Virus record (IMG/VR): IMGVR_UViG_3300034161_000026
Coordinates: 1-54,305 of that record
Origin: a virus
Taxonomy: Duplodnaviria; Caudoviricetes
DNA length: 54,305 bases
Strand: one strand, 5' to 3'
In this document: one piece after another, positions 8,863 through 17,738 of the stretch
How the letters are laid out: every line of letters begins with the position of its first letter
Numbering within the stretch: position 1 is the first letter of the stretch
The notes under the pieces: generated by a model
Told to the model about the DNA's origin: nothing
The model's input: only the letters and a program-made list of their open reading frames with translations
The model's database searches: none
Made by a program: the position numbers and the translations under genes

Positions 8863-9302
8863 GAAATACCTGCTTAAAAGGCTAGAGCTGGTGCCCACTT
8901 GAATTTAAGTGCACACCATGTCTTGGCTTTGCAGGGCTGGGTAGATGACTTGGCCGGACGGATACCCTACAGCAGCCTCGTTGGGTCCTTCACCAAGTGA
9001 TCTCCGGTGGATGAAATTAATCCCTTCGGAAAACATCCTCCAGCAATCAGTGCGCGCAATGTCTCGTGCGCTTGCTGCTCCGCATTTTTGTTCGTCATCT
9101 TCAAGCTCCACCCTTCTGTTTCGGCAATTTGAATTTGCACCTGAGCCTAGCGCATCCTTGGCCACGCGCTCCGGTTCGTGCGATCACGTCTCCGCTATTA
9201 CATTTTGCTAACTGGCGATAGACTGGATGCTCGCTGATTGGATGGGCATTTTGCCGGCTGGTGACAGCCTATTTGCGTCGTTGAAATATATGGTGGGGTG
9301 CC

Positions 9303-10202
9303 GTGGCACTACTCAGTAACTCTATACGTGCTCACTCTGAGCTGCCTGATTGGTTTGACCTGAAAAATTACAAATTTCTAAGTGATCTTGATAGTGCAGG
9401 TTGGTATGAGCAACTCTTTGCAAGAGAGCAATTGTTTCTTTTGATTAAACTCAGAAGTGACAAAAGTAAGATGCCTGATGAGTCATCACTAAGCTTTAAG
9501 ATGGCGCGCGAGATATGGAGTTCGGCTAAGGTTTCATTCAAAAACTCTGAAGTTTTATCGGCAGCGTGTGGCTATGATGGTGCTAACAGTCGCGTTAGTT
9601 CTAGCTACTCTCGCTCGGTTCACTCATTAACATATCGGGAGTATCTGCAAGAGGGGGATAAGATAAAGGATGAGCAAAAGCTAAATGCGGATTTGTGGTG
9701 GGAGAATATTAAAAGTGATCGCTTGGATGTTGCCGATCCGGCTATAAGGCTATCTCGAAAAGTTATGGGGTTTATCGATTCTCCGCTCTATATTTCGCAA
9801 AAATTTACAGCGACTCGAGCAGTGGCAGAAATCGACTTGACCATGCCGGATGCTATGTTGGTAGCGTCTTTTAAAACTTGGTTATCTGATACAAGGGCTG
9901 ATTTCTGTTTGGCAGCTCCTACGCAATATCGTCGACTGGATTTTGCTTCCTGGTGTCGAGTTGGTGTCTTGCCTTATATCGACCTCACGTCTTGGGCCGA
10001 GCTTTCAGGTAGGAAAATTCCGAACAGGGTAATGGCAAATACCATTTTTCCGACAGGCGAGGGTGGTGAGGAAACCATTAGGAAGACGACCGCCCCTCTT
10101 GCTCTAGAAATGATAGGTCGTGGGGAGTATTCAGATAGGACCATTCTCGACACGCTACTGGCCGTCGCCGCTCTTGATGGTGGAGTCGTAGAGGTTGGTT
10201 AA
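9303..10202 (+). CDS. DUF6387-like protein (type found in integrative elements and satellites)
   Basis: LPDWFDLKNY...W..QL..R, IDL..PD..L...FK.WL, VLPYIDL..W motifs recognised from memory. Confidence 0.6.
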   Translation: MALLSNSIRAHSELPDWFDLKNYKFLSDLDSAGWYEQLFAREQLFLLIKLRSDKSKMPDESSLSFKMAREIWSSAKVSFKNSEVLSAACGYDGANSRVSSSYSRSVHSLTYREYLQEGDKIKDEQKLNADLWWENIKSDRLDVADPAIRLSRKVMGFIDSPLYISQKFTATRAVAEIDLTMPDAMLVASFKTWLSDTRADFCLAAPTQYRRLDFASWCRVGVLPYIDLTSWAELSGRKIPNRVMANTIFPTGEGGEETIRKTTAPLALEMIGRGEYSDRTILDTLLAVAALDGGVVEVG

Positions 10203-10537
10203 TTCGGAAGACTTTACGTCTCGATTTTTTCCGGAAAAAAGATGGCCCTTTTGAGCGCCTTCCAATTGCTAGTTTTGTGTGAATAATTGGGAACCATCGT
10301 AACCACAGAAGCTCCGAGAGGCGCACGATGGCCATATCTGTTCCAATTTTTTCCCAGGCATTTTTCGCCAGCTATCGTCGTATTACTCTTCAGCATTCAG
10401 ATAGATTGCGATTCAAAAAAACGATCGGAAGTAACCAATTCCCCACTCCCCCGATCTTGCCGGCGAGTGCAGGGCGAATACTGCAAAGATGGCAGAGCTT
10501 TAATGGGATTCGCGGCGGTAGAGGCTATATAACTTCA

Positions 10538-11047
10538 TTAGGACTGATTTTCAGAGTCGTCGACGATCTTGATGTTTGTGCCAAACATAAGGCGCGCAAG
10601 CATCATGTAAGTCCCAGCGGTCGACTTGTCCCCCGATGCCGTAGCCTCTTTAACGATCTCAATGAACTTCTTTTCGGCCCGGTTTGTAATGTACTCCTCA
10701 AATGGTACTCCGGCGGCCTCGGCCTCACTTTTAGCCTGCTTCGCCTCCTCCGTATCCATTAACAATGCCAAATCATTGAGCATGCGCTGCCTGGTCTTTG
10801 TCGGAGGGTCAGTGGGTAGGGGGCCTCCCACAATGACGCGTAGACGTTGCTTTGGGGTTAGGTCGTCTGGCTTGACGCCAAGCGCCGCGGCCAACTTGAG
10901 CAGCACGGTTTTTCTTGGGCTTGCTTGGCCTGACTCGTACCGCGATATCTGCGATGGAGTAATTCCGATGGCATCGGCAAGTTGTTGCTGTGTAAGGTTT
11001 TTCTCACTCCTTAACGAAATGAGTTTTGAAGCGAAATCGTTGGACAT
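10538..11047 (-). CDS. XRE-family HTH regulator (Mnt-equivalent position)
   Basis: LRSEKNLTQQQLADAIGITPSQISRYESG. Confidence 0.85.
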   Translation of the reverse strand: MSNDFASKLISLRSEKNLTQQQLADAIGITPSQISRYESGQASPRKTVLLKLAAALGVKPDDLTPKQRLRVIVGGPLPTDPPTKTRQRMLNDLALLMDTEEAKQAKSEAEAAGVPFEEYITNRAEKKFIEIVKEATASGDKSTAGTYMMLARLMFGTNIKIVDDSENQS

Positions 11048-11086
11048 GTCGATCCCCTGTACGTCCCTAGAAGCGTACAGCAAACG

Positions 11087-11144
11087 CACAAAAAGCAAAA
11101 ATTGTTTGACGAGGTCACAAAAAGCACTAAACTCACAAAACGCA
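11087..11144 (+). promoter_or_regulatory. Pant-like promoter with three direct-repeat operators
   Basis: TTGACG-N16-TAAACT (11106-11133); CACAAAAAGCA at 11087 and 11116, CACAAAACGCA at 11134. Confidence 0.7.
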
Positions 11145-11158
11145 AACAAGGAGGCACC

Positions 11159-11323
11159 ATGAAGACCTTAAAAATCACCACCGCCGTCAGAATGCTCTGT
11201 GACATGAGGGAAAAGCTTGAAGGGAAGGCTGCCGAAAACGGTCGCAGTCTGAGCGGCGAAATTATCTTTCGTCTGAGGAAGTCTCTAGAGCAGGAGATGG
11301 ATCGTGGAAAACAGCAGGCATAA
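11159..11323 (+). CDS. Arc-family ribbon-helix-helix repressor
   Basis: VRM..DMREKLEGKAAENGRSLSGEIIFRL; AAGGAGG RBS. Confidence 0.85.
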   Translation: MKTLKITTAVRMLCDMREKLEGKAAENGRSLSGEIIFRLRKSLEQEMDRGKQQA

Positions 11324-11386
11324 AAAAACCCCAGCGCCGGCCAGCGCTGAGGTTTGGATAACGTCAATCTTCGAGGAAAAACGTCA
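11322..11386 (-). ncRNA. Predicted sar-like antisense RNA covering the RBS of the DUF3077/antirepressor unit
   Basis: Minus-strand TTGAGT-N16-TATGCT (11420-11393); minus-strand hairpin plus T-run at 11355-11322. Confidence 0.55.
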
Positions 11387-11697
11387 TGGATAAGCATACC
11401 GCAGTAAATGAAAAACTCAATGCTGGCGCTATCTGTATGCCGGTCACGGTGGAGTTGTCTTTCACGATCTGCAACCCGGACCAGGAACACTTGCTTGCTG
11501 TACGGCCCGGGATCCCAGTAACGGATGCCCTTGAAGAGGCGTCCTGCATTCTTAGTGAATTGAAATCATCACTTGAGGCAGCTGCGATGGGGGTCGATGG
11601 AATCACGCCTAATCAGGCATGGCTCCTGTTTCGGGCTGCGAATACAGCGAAGGCCATCGTCGACTCGACGCATGAAGGCCTGGAGAAAGCCCAATGA
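11386..11697 (+). CDS. DUF3077-like protein
   Basis: F..CN......LAVRPGIPVTDALEEASCIL; ATGA overlap with ant. Confidence 0.65.
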   Translation: MDKHTAVNEKLNAGAICMPVTVELSFTICNPDQEHLLAVRPGIPVTDALEEASCILSELKSSLEAAAMGVDGITPNQAWLLFRAANTAKAIVDSTHEGLEKAQ

Positions 11698-12494
11698 ATC
11701 TCTCATTGGGCGAACACGGGCGGACTTCTTGCGCAGCGGCAAGCCACCAGCTTGCTGAGAACTCACCTCGCGCTGTGACCATGAGCAGTTCCGAAATCGC
11801 AGAGTTGACCGGGAAGCTCCATGCTCATGTCCTTCGGGACATCCGCACGATGCTTGAGGCATTGGAAGATGATCCAGTTTTGGATCATGTCCGTGAGGAC
11901 AAGGATGGTCGTGGGTATACCGTTAATTTCCATATGGATCGGGAGCTCACGGAAACTCTTCTGACTGGCTATAGCATCCCACTTCGTCGCAAGGTTGTTC
12001 GTCGCTTGCACGAACTCGAGGAGGCCAACGCTAAACCGGCCTTCGACTATGCGGCCGCGTTGAGCGATCCCCGAACACTCTTGGCGCTGCTCACCGAAAA
12101 TGTGACGAAGGTCGTCGCGCTGGAGGCGGACAATATCGAGCTTTCGAAAGAGAACCACTTGCTGGAAGTGAAGGTTGAGCAAGACGCGCCGAAGGTCGCC
12201 TTCCACGACATGGTCACCGTGTCGCACAAGACCTACAACGCTGCCCAGGCCGCAAAGGTTATCGGCACCGGCCGCACTCGGTTGTTGCAGTTCATGCGCC
12301 AGAAGGGATGGGTGACCAGGACCAACGAGCCATACCAGGCGAAGATCGAGGCAGGCCTGCTTGATGTGAAGCTGGGAACCTTTGAGCATCCAATCGACGG
12401 CACGATCCCAACGTGCTCGACGCTAATCACCGGCAAGGGACTGAGCAAACTTCAGGCTATGTGGCAGAGCAGGGAAGAGGACTTGCTGAAGTAG
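11694..12494 (+). CDS. Phage antirepressor (Rha N-terminal plus KilAC/ANT C-terminal domain)
   Basis: MSSSEIAELTGKLHAHVLRDIR; APKVAFHD...N.PYQ..I..G...TLITGKG. Confidence 0.88.
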   Translation: MNLSLGEHGRTSCAAASHQLAENSPRAVTMSSSEIAELTGKLHAHVLRDIRTMLEALEDDPVLDHVREDKDGRGYTVNFHMDRELTETLLTGYSIPLRRKVVRRLHELEEANAKPAFDYAAALSDPRTLLALLTENVTKVVALEADNIELSKENHLLEVKVEQDAPKVAFHDMVTVSHKTYNAAQAAKVIGTGRTRLLQFMRQKGWVTRTNEPYQAKIEAGLLDVKLGTFEHPIDGTIPTCSTLITGKGLSKLQAMWQSREEDLLK

Positions 12495-12502
12495 CAGGAT
12501 AG

Positions 12503-12527
12503 AAGCCCGGCCTAGTGCCGGGCTTTT
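12503..12527. terminator. Terminator between convergent ant and cI
   Basis: AAGCCCGGC-CTAGT-GCCGGGCTTTT. Confidence 0.8.
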
Positions 12528-12539
12528 GCTATCTGGGGT

Positions 12540-12965
12540 TTATGGCTTTTCGGAGTTGGCTTTTTCGAGCAGACCGGCGATGCCTTCCAGCAGCACCAGG
12601 TCCGACTCCTTCAGCTTCCCCTTTGCCGCGGCTCTGGCCAGCTTATCGATGATGGTGATCGCCCTAGGTGAGGCGGTCCCTAGCATCGCTTGGTAAGCAG
12701 GGGATTGTTCACGAACGACCTCATGACGGGTGAACTCGCCCTCGATGACGTTTGAACCGTAGTTGCCCGGGTTAACCAGGACGCCAGGCGCCAAGCCGAT
12801 CTTCTGCTCAAGATTAAGCGCAGCTTTCTCGCCCAGGCCTCGATGCCCATTGAGGATCTGGGACAAATAGGACGCGTCCAGATCGTGCTGGTCGGCGAAT
12901 TCTTTCTGGCTGAGTTGGCCGATTACGCGCCGCAGCGCGTCGACCCGAAGAGTTTTCATATCCAT
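12540..12965 (-). CDS. cI: CI-like repressor without an S24 peptidase domain
   Basis: HTH SQKEFADQHDLDASYLSQILNGHRGLGEKAA; divergent from cro; 141 aa. Confidence 0.8.
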   Translation of the reverse strand: MDMKTLRVDALRRVIGQLSQKEFADQHDLDASYLSQILNGHRGLGEKAALNLEQKIGLAPGVLVNPGNYGSNVIEGEFTRHEVVREQSPAYQAMLGTASPRAITIIDKLARAAAKGKLKESDLVLLEGIAGLLEKANSEKP

Positions 12966-12985
12966 AGGCGAATAGTGATCCCGCG

Positions 12986-13042
12986 TTAGCAAACAGTAAA
13001 TTATAAAAAGCTATTGCTATGTAAATTAGCAAAGCGTAATCT
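12986..13042 (+). promoter_or_regulatory. OR operators and PR promoter
   Basis: TTAGCAAACAGTAA, AAAGCTATTGCTAT, TTAGCAAAGCGTAA; TTGCTA-N17-TAATCT. Confidence 0.75.
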
Positions 13043-13063
13043 GAAGCTCTTTCGGAGATCACC

Positions 13064-13309
13064 ATGACGCTACTCGACCTCATCCGCTCCTTGGAGCCGG
13101 CCCAACTGGATGCTCTAGCACAGCGAAGTGGCACCAGTGTCGGCAACCTCAAACAGATTGCCTACGGGTATCGCCTGGCTGGTCCTGGACTCGCCATCAA
13201 TCTTGATCGCGAGTCGGGGAGGGCGGTGACGTGTGAAGAGCTGCGTCCTGACATCGACTGGGCTTACCTGCGTAATTCATCCACCAGCTCCGAGCAATCT
13301 GCCGCCTGA
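13064..13309 (+). CDS. cro: Cro/YdaS-like regulator
   Basis: GTSVGNLKQIAYG...VTCEELRPDIDW. Confidence 0.85.
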   Translation: MTLLDLIRSLEPAQLDALAQRSGTSVGNLKQIAYGYRLAGPGLAINLDRESGRAVTCEELRPDIDWAYLRNSSTSSEQSAA

Positions 13310-13376
13310 TCCGATGAGCAAAGTTTCGCTCAGCGACAGGATGTGCTGCCACGACAACCGCCAAGAGGTTTCCCGA

Positions 13377-13799
13377 ATGGAACAAGTACATCGCGCAATT
13401 CATGAGGCAGTGCTTGATGCGGGGCCAAAGCAATTGGCTCACCTGATGGGCATGAGCCATACCGCGCTGCTCAACCGCAGTAACCCGAATGACGACTCGC
13501 ATCGGCTCAACCTGGAGCAGTTCTTACAAATTCTGGTGCACAGCGAGAATCCTGAACCACTGCAGTTACTGGCGAGAGCCTTGGGGTACGAGTTGGTGCC
13601 AGTGGTCAAGCCGGAAGGGAAAAGCCTGGTTCAAGCGCTGGTGCACTTGGCTGCTGAGTCTGGGGATGTTTCCCGCGCGGTCCATGACGCCATGGCTGAT
13701 GGACGCGTAACGCAGATCGAGAAGGCCGGTATCCAGAAAGAAATCGGCCATGTGCGGCAGAGTTTGCTGGTGCTGGAAGAGTCGGTGAAGGTTGCGTGA
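13377..13799 (+). CDS. cII: CII-family regulatory protein
   Basis: LA.LMGMS...L.N..NPN...H.L; E.GDV.......DG.VT..E. Confidence 0.8.
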   Translation: MEQVHRAIHEAVLDAGPKQLAHLMGMSHTALLNRSNPNDDSHRLNLEQFLQILVHSENPEPLQLLARALGYELVPVVKPEGKSLVQALVHLAAESGDVSRAVHDAMADGRVTQIEKAGIQKEIGHVRQSLLVLEESVKVA

Positions 13800-13945
13800 A
13801 CACGCTGTCAGGACGGGACTTGCATTATTTCAAACGGGTGGATGATGAAATTCGCCCGGTGCAGAAAGCAACAAACCCGGCGGGAACCGGGCTTATCAAA
13901 TCGTCCTGTGCAACCAGGACAACACATCTCGTAGAGGTATTTATC

Positions 13946-14326
13946 ATGGCACACGCAATTGGTGGTGAACAAGCTCGTCGTCTGATGTTGATCAATTATC
14001 CGCTGATTCGTACGCGCGACGACCTGAGTTTTACAGCCCGTGATGTTCAGGGGCGCCTGGTCAATTGGACACGGAACAACCCCGGCGTCGCTGCCGACTG
14101 GGAAAAGGGTATGACTTTCTTCGATGAAGAAGTCAGCGCGTTGGCAGCCTTTGACGAAACAGAAGCCTTCCATGCAATTCAGTTCGCAATTCTGGGTATG
14201 GGCGGTCGCTGCACGAACCTTGAAATTGGTTTTGCTCAACGCGTCGCTGCAGCCGCGGTGTTAGGGCTGCGCGCCATGCGCGATGGTGAAACCGATTTTG
14301 TGCCTTCCGATCGGGAGGACAACTGA
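13946..14326 (+). CDS. Hypothetical phage protein
   Basis: GAGG RBS, ATG at 13946. Confidence 0.6.
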   Translation: MAHAIGGEQARRLMLINYPLIRTRDDLSFTARDVQGRLVNWTRNNPGVAADWEKGMTFFDEEVSALAAFDETEAFHAIQFAILGMGGRCTNLEIGFAQRVAAAAVLGLRAMRDGETDFVPSDREDN

Positions 14327-14589
14327 TGAGCCAATCAACTATTCCTCTCGTTCGCATCTCTGATGATGCTGACTCCATGCATTCCGCGGGCTATTTCATC
14401 GATTCCATTGGCCGACTGTTTCTCGATCTTGCAGGGGAAGCACCCGATTCGGTCGAGCGAATTCTCAATGGCTACACCGTTGGTGGGATAGCTGCCGGGC
14501 TTCGAATTGTTGGTAGCGACCTGATGTCTCGTGGTGATGATCTGAATGGTCTGCTCGCAAAGCAGGGCGGCAAGGAGGTTGCCAAATGA
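14326..14589 (+). CDS. Hypothetical phage protein
   Basis: Translationally coupled ORF. Confidence 0.6.
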   Translation: MSQSTIPLVRISDDADSMHSAGYFIDSIGRLFLDLAGEAPDSVERILNGYTVGGIAAGLRIVGSDLMSRGDDLNGLLAKQGGKEVAK

Positions 14590-14807
14590 GAACTTTACGA
14601 GAAGCACTTTTGGAGCCCTCCACGGCCTGCAAAATCGCTGGCCCTTGGCCTACCTATGCCAGCTTCCGAAATCTCCCTGAGCGTGAGCGCTGGGTGCTTT
14701 ACGGAAGCGCCAAGGCGTATCGGCAGGCTCTCGAGGATCAGGGGTTCGTCATGGCAGAGTCTTACGACGCTTTCATCAAGCGTGTCACTGACGAGATGGA
14801 GCTTTGA
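14586..14807 (+). CDS. Hypothetical phage protein
   Basis: Translationally coupled ORF. Confidence 0.65.
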   Translation: MRTLREALLEPSTACKIAGPWPTYASFRNLPERERWVLYGSAKAYRQALEDQGFVMAESYDAFIKRVTDEMEL

Positions 14808-14810
14808 CGT

Positions 14811-15584
14811 ATGAGCCTGTTGTTCAACTTCCGTCCCCTGGTTATCAATCCGCAGCTTGCAGAACGCATTGGGCTGAACGAAGCAATAGTGCTGCAGCAA
14901 CTTAAATATTGGTTGAACGAGACCGAGTCAGGTGTAGAGCACGAGGGGCGTCGCTGGGTTTACAACACTGTCGAGCAGTGGCAAAGGCAATTCCCCTTCT
15001 GGTCGGCGGATACTGTCAAACGGGCGCTCACTTCGCTCCAAAAGCAGGGTTTGGTTATGGTCGAAAAGTTAGCCAAGGCCAAGCATGACCAGACGAACCA
15101 CTACACCATCAACTATCAATCGGCTGCCCTGGTCGATCAGGGCATTTTGCACCAATCAGAAGAGGGCAAATTGCCCCAATCGGTTGGGGCAGGATGCCCT
15201 GATCTTCTTACAGAGATTACAACAAAGACTACTGCAGAGATTTCTTCGTGCAATTCGGGCGATCCGCTGAATGGGTTTGAACAATTTTGGAAGCTGTACC
15301 CGAAGAAGAAGGGGCGTAAGGACGCGGCTAAGGCTTGGTCGAAGCTGAAGCCGGACGACGAGTTACACCAGACTCTGATCGCCGCCTTGGGTAGTCACTG
15401 CATTTCCGAGGACTGGACCAAGGACGGCGGGCGCTACATCCCGAACGCCGCCACTTGGCTGAACGGTGAACGGTGGGACGACGTACTTAAGCCCGCTGGT
15501 GCCAGCTCAAGCTCTGCCTTTCACGGTCTGCCGAACCATACGCAAGAGATGTATCCGGAGGTGAAGAATGGCGCGAATTTCTAA
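14811..15584 (+). CDS. Replication initiator (O-like)
   Basis: IGLNEAIVLQQLKYW...WVYNT; FEQFWKLYPKK...ATWLNGERW. Confidence 0.85.
   Translation: MSLLFNFRPLVINPQLAERIGLNEAIVLQQLKYWLNETESGVEHEGRRWVYNTVEQWQRQFPFWSADTVKRALTSLQKQGLVMVEKLAKAKHDQTNHYTINYQSAALVDQGILHQSEEGKLPQSVGAGCPDLLTEITTKTTAEISSCNSGDPLNGFEQFWKLYPKKKGRKDAAKAWSKLKPDDELHQTLIAALGSHCISEDWTKDGGRYIPNAATWLNGERWDDVLKPAGASSSSAFHGLPNHTQEMYPEVKNGANF
15140..15245 (+). repeat. Candidate origin iterons inside the initiator gene
   Basis: GGGCATTTTGCACCAATC, GGGCAAATTGCCCCAATC and GGGCAGGATGCCCTGATC at 23-24-bp spacing, followed by CAGAGATT repeats. Confidence 0.65.
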
Positions 15585-16371
15585 TTTTTGCAGGCAGCCT
15601 CGTGTCCGCTTCTTTGATCTCGAATGTCCGTTGCATGGCTCGGTGAGTAGTTCCGAGATTGAGCAGTTCGACGGCTCTGTGTTGCCACGTGGTTGCAAGC
15701 ATTGCCACTGGGAGGCGTTGCACACGGCTCCGAGGTCGACTAAGGCGCACATCCTTGCTAGCGGTAGGAAGAAGGCTGAAGACCTGAACAAGCTGCTCGT
15801 AGGCTCTGGTATCTCCCCGCGTTTCAGCGGGTGCACATTCGACACCTACAGGACCGCCAGAGGAGCAGAAGGTATGGGCAAAGCTCTTAGTGCCTGCAAG
15901 GAATATGTTGCCCAGTTTACCGATAACTACGCAGCCGGCCGTTCACTTGTCCTTTCCGGCAACGTCGGTAACGGCAAAACCCATCTCGCTTGCGCGATGG
16001 TCCAGGCAGTCATCCGTGAACACGGGGCTCAAGCGGTAATCGCCACGGCAGCTGAGATCATCAGAGTCTTCAAGAGCGCAATGGATCGTAGCGCCGAGTA
16101 TTCCGACAGAGATGTCCTCGAAGAACTTTCCAGTTTTGATCTGTTGGTGATTGATGAGGTCGGCGCTCAAAGCGGTAGCGCGTACGAGCTTGGCGTTCTT
16201 CATGAGGTGATCGATCGACGTTACCAGTTCGTCCTGCCGACGGTAGTCGTTTCCAATCTGGTCACCGCAGATCTAGCTCGTTACATCGGGGATCGCGCAC
16301 TGGATCGCTTGCGGCAAGCTGGTGGGCAAGCTATCGGTTTCAACTGGGCATCTGCACGAGGTGCAGTATGA
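15568..16371 (+). CDS. DnaC/IstB-like helicase loader
   Basis: GNVGNGKT Walker A, LLVIDEVG Walker B, CPLHG/CKHC zinc motif. Confidence 0.9.
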   Translation: MARISNFCRQPRVRFFDLECPLHGSVSSSEIEQFDGSVLPRGCKHCHWEALHTAPRSTKAHILASGRKKAEDLNKLLVGSGISPRFSGCTFDTYRTARGAEGMGKALSACKEYVAQFTDNYAAGRSLVLSGNVGNGKTHLACAMVQAVIREHGAQAVIATAAEIIRVFKSAMDRSAEYSDRDVLEELSSFDLLVIDEVGAQSGSAYELGVLHEVIDRRYQFVLPTVVVSNLVTADLARYIGDRALDRLRQAGGQAIGFNWASARGAV

Positions 16372-17738
16372 GCCGCGAACTGTTCAGCATCGAGGCAGAG
16401 CACGGCGTACTAGGGGCAATCATGATGGACCCGACCTTGTTCGACGAAATTACCAGCAAGGTAAAAAGCTCGGACTTCCATGACCTGGAGAACGCCGCGC
16501 TGTACCAGGCAATTGTCGATTGCCATGCAACGGGGGATCCCATCGATGCGGTAACCGTCGGACTGTTCCGCCCTCGGTTGCCGAGCGGTGATAGCACACT
16601 GGCCTTCGCTGCCGAGATCGCCAAAAACATCCCTAGTGCCGCCAACTGGAAGGCTTACGCGCGTCACGTTCGAGAGCGCGCTGTACTGCGCCAGGTTGTT
16701 CAGGCTGCCGACGTAATCAGAGAGCAAGTCAGTGAGGACAGATCAGTGGCCGAGATCATCGCGTTGGCCCAGCAGGCTACTGCGGACCTGCGCGACCTGG
16801 ATGACGACCATCCTAAGTATCACCGTCTGGATCATGTCATGGGGCAGGCCGCTGAAGGCGTCAATGACAAACATCTTGGCCTTCGACCGGATTGGCCTTC
16901 GACCGGTCTCCAAAAGCTTGATGAATTGATACAGGGGATTCGCCCGAAGAAGGTGACCATCATCGCCGGCTTGCCCGGTAGTGGGAAAACCACATTGGCC
17001 CTTCAGATAGCCCAACACAGTGCCTGTGTTGCCAGGCTCCCTTGGCTGGTTTTTTCGATTGAAATGCCGGGTGAAGAATTGGGTGTGCGCGCTATCGCAT
17101 CTCTTGGCGGTGTGGACCTGCGGCGGCTCGACAATCCGGAGAAGATGCAGGATGACGACTGGGCTCGAATGGTCGGAGCCGTAGCCAAGGCACACGGAGC
17201 TCCCCTGTTCATTTGCGACGATCCGCACCAGACCCCGGCGAGCATCCGATCAACCGCCAGACAGTGTCAGCGCGAACATGGCCTTGCCGGAATCATGGTC
17301 GACTACCTCGGTCTTGTTCAGTCAGAGAGAAGAGGGCGGACGCGAAGCGAGGAAGTCGGCGCGATCAGTAAAGCGTTGCTCCGTCTTGCCAAAGAGCTCG
17401 ACGTCCCGGTGATTGAGCTCTCACAGCTGAATCGTGACTCTACTAAGCGCGTGGGCAAAAGGCCTCAAGCGAGTGACCTACGTGACTCTGGCGAGATCGA
17501 GGCAGACGCCAGTTGCATCATCCTGGTTCATCGCGACATGGACAGCGAGGGGGGCCAAAACGGAGTCACAGAGTTGATCATGCCCAAGTGTCGGCACGCG
17601 AAGGTTGGTAGCTGCCTTGTCCAGCAACAAGGGGAATATGGACGCTTCGTCGACTTCTGCGGCAATTCGTATCCATCCGACGAAGAGATCGAGATGAATC
17701 GTCCCTTCGTTAGTAAGTACAAAGGGGAAACCAAATGA
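16368..17738 (+). CDS. dnaB: Replicative DnaB-like helicase
   Basis: GLPGSGKT, VDYLGL, SQLNR, DLRDSGEIE. Confidence 0.95.
   Translation: MSRELFSIEAEHGVLGAIMMDPTLFDEITSKVKSSDFHDLENAALYQAIVDCHATGDPIDAVTVGLFRPRLPSGDSTLAFAAEIAKNIPSAANWKAYARHVRERAVLRQVVQAADVIREQVSEDRSVAEIIALAQQATADLRDLDDDHPKYHRLDHVMGQAAEGVNDKHLGLRPDWPSTGLQKLDELIQGIRPKKVTIIAGLPGSGKTTLALQIAQHSACVARLPWLVFSIEMPGEELGVRAIASLGGVDLRRLDNPEKMQDDDWARMVGAVAKAHGAPLFICDDPHQTPASIRSTARQCQREHGLAGIMVDYLGLVQSERRGRTRSEEVGAISKALLRLAKELDVPVIELSQLNRDSTKRVGKRPQASDLRDSGEIEADASCIILVHRDMDSEGGQNGVTELIMPKCRHAKVGSCLVQQQGEYGRFVDFCGNSYPSDEEIEMNRPFVSKYKGETK

Larger units (their letters stand above)
8416..8970 (-). mobile_element. IS66-family remnant (left end, tnpA, 5' part of tnpB; no tnpC)
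   Basis: TnpA and TnpB translations; GTAGGGTATCCGTCCGGCC end-like sequence at 8970; no 8-bp target duplication seen. Confidence 0.8.

Noticed and set aside
8905-9165. OmpA-like NRRVE motif
   Set aside because: Isolated pentapeptide in a short ORF that runs into the IS66 end; no other OmpA features
11057-11450. LexA box controlling the antirepressor
   Set aside because: CTGT...ACAG at 11057 has a 16-nt spacer, and ATGGATAAGCATACCG at 11386 mismatches both half-sites
13870-13920. oop-like antisense RNA after cII
   Set aside because: Hairpins are present but no convincing minus-strand promoter or U-tract was found
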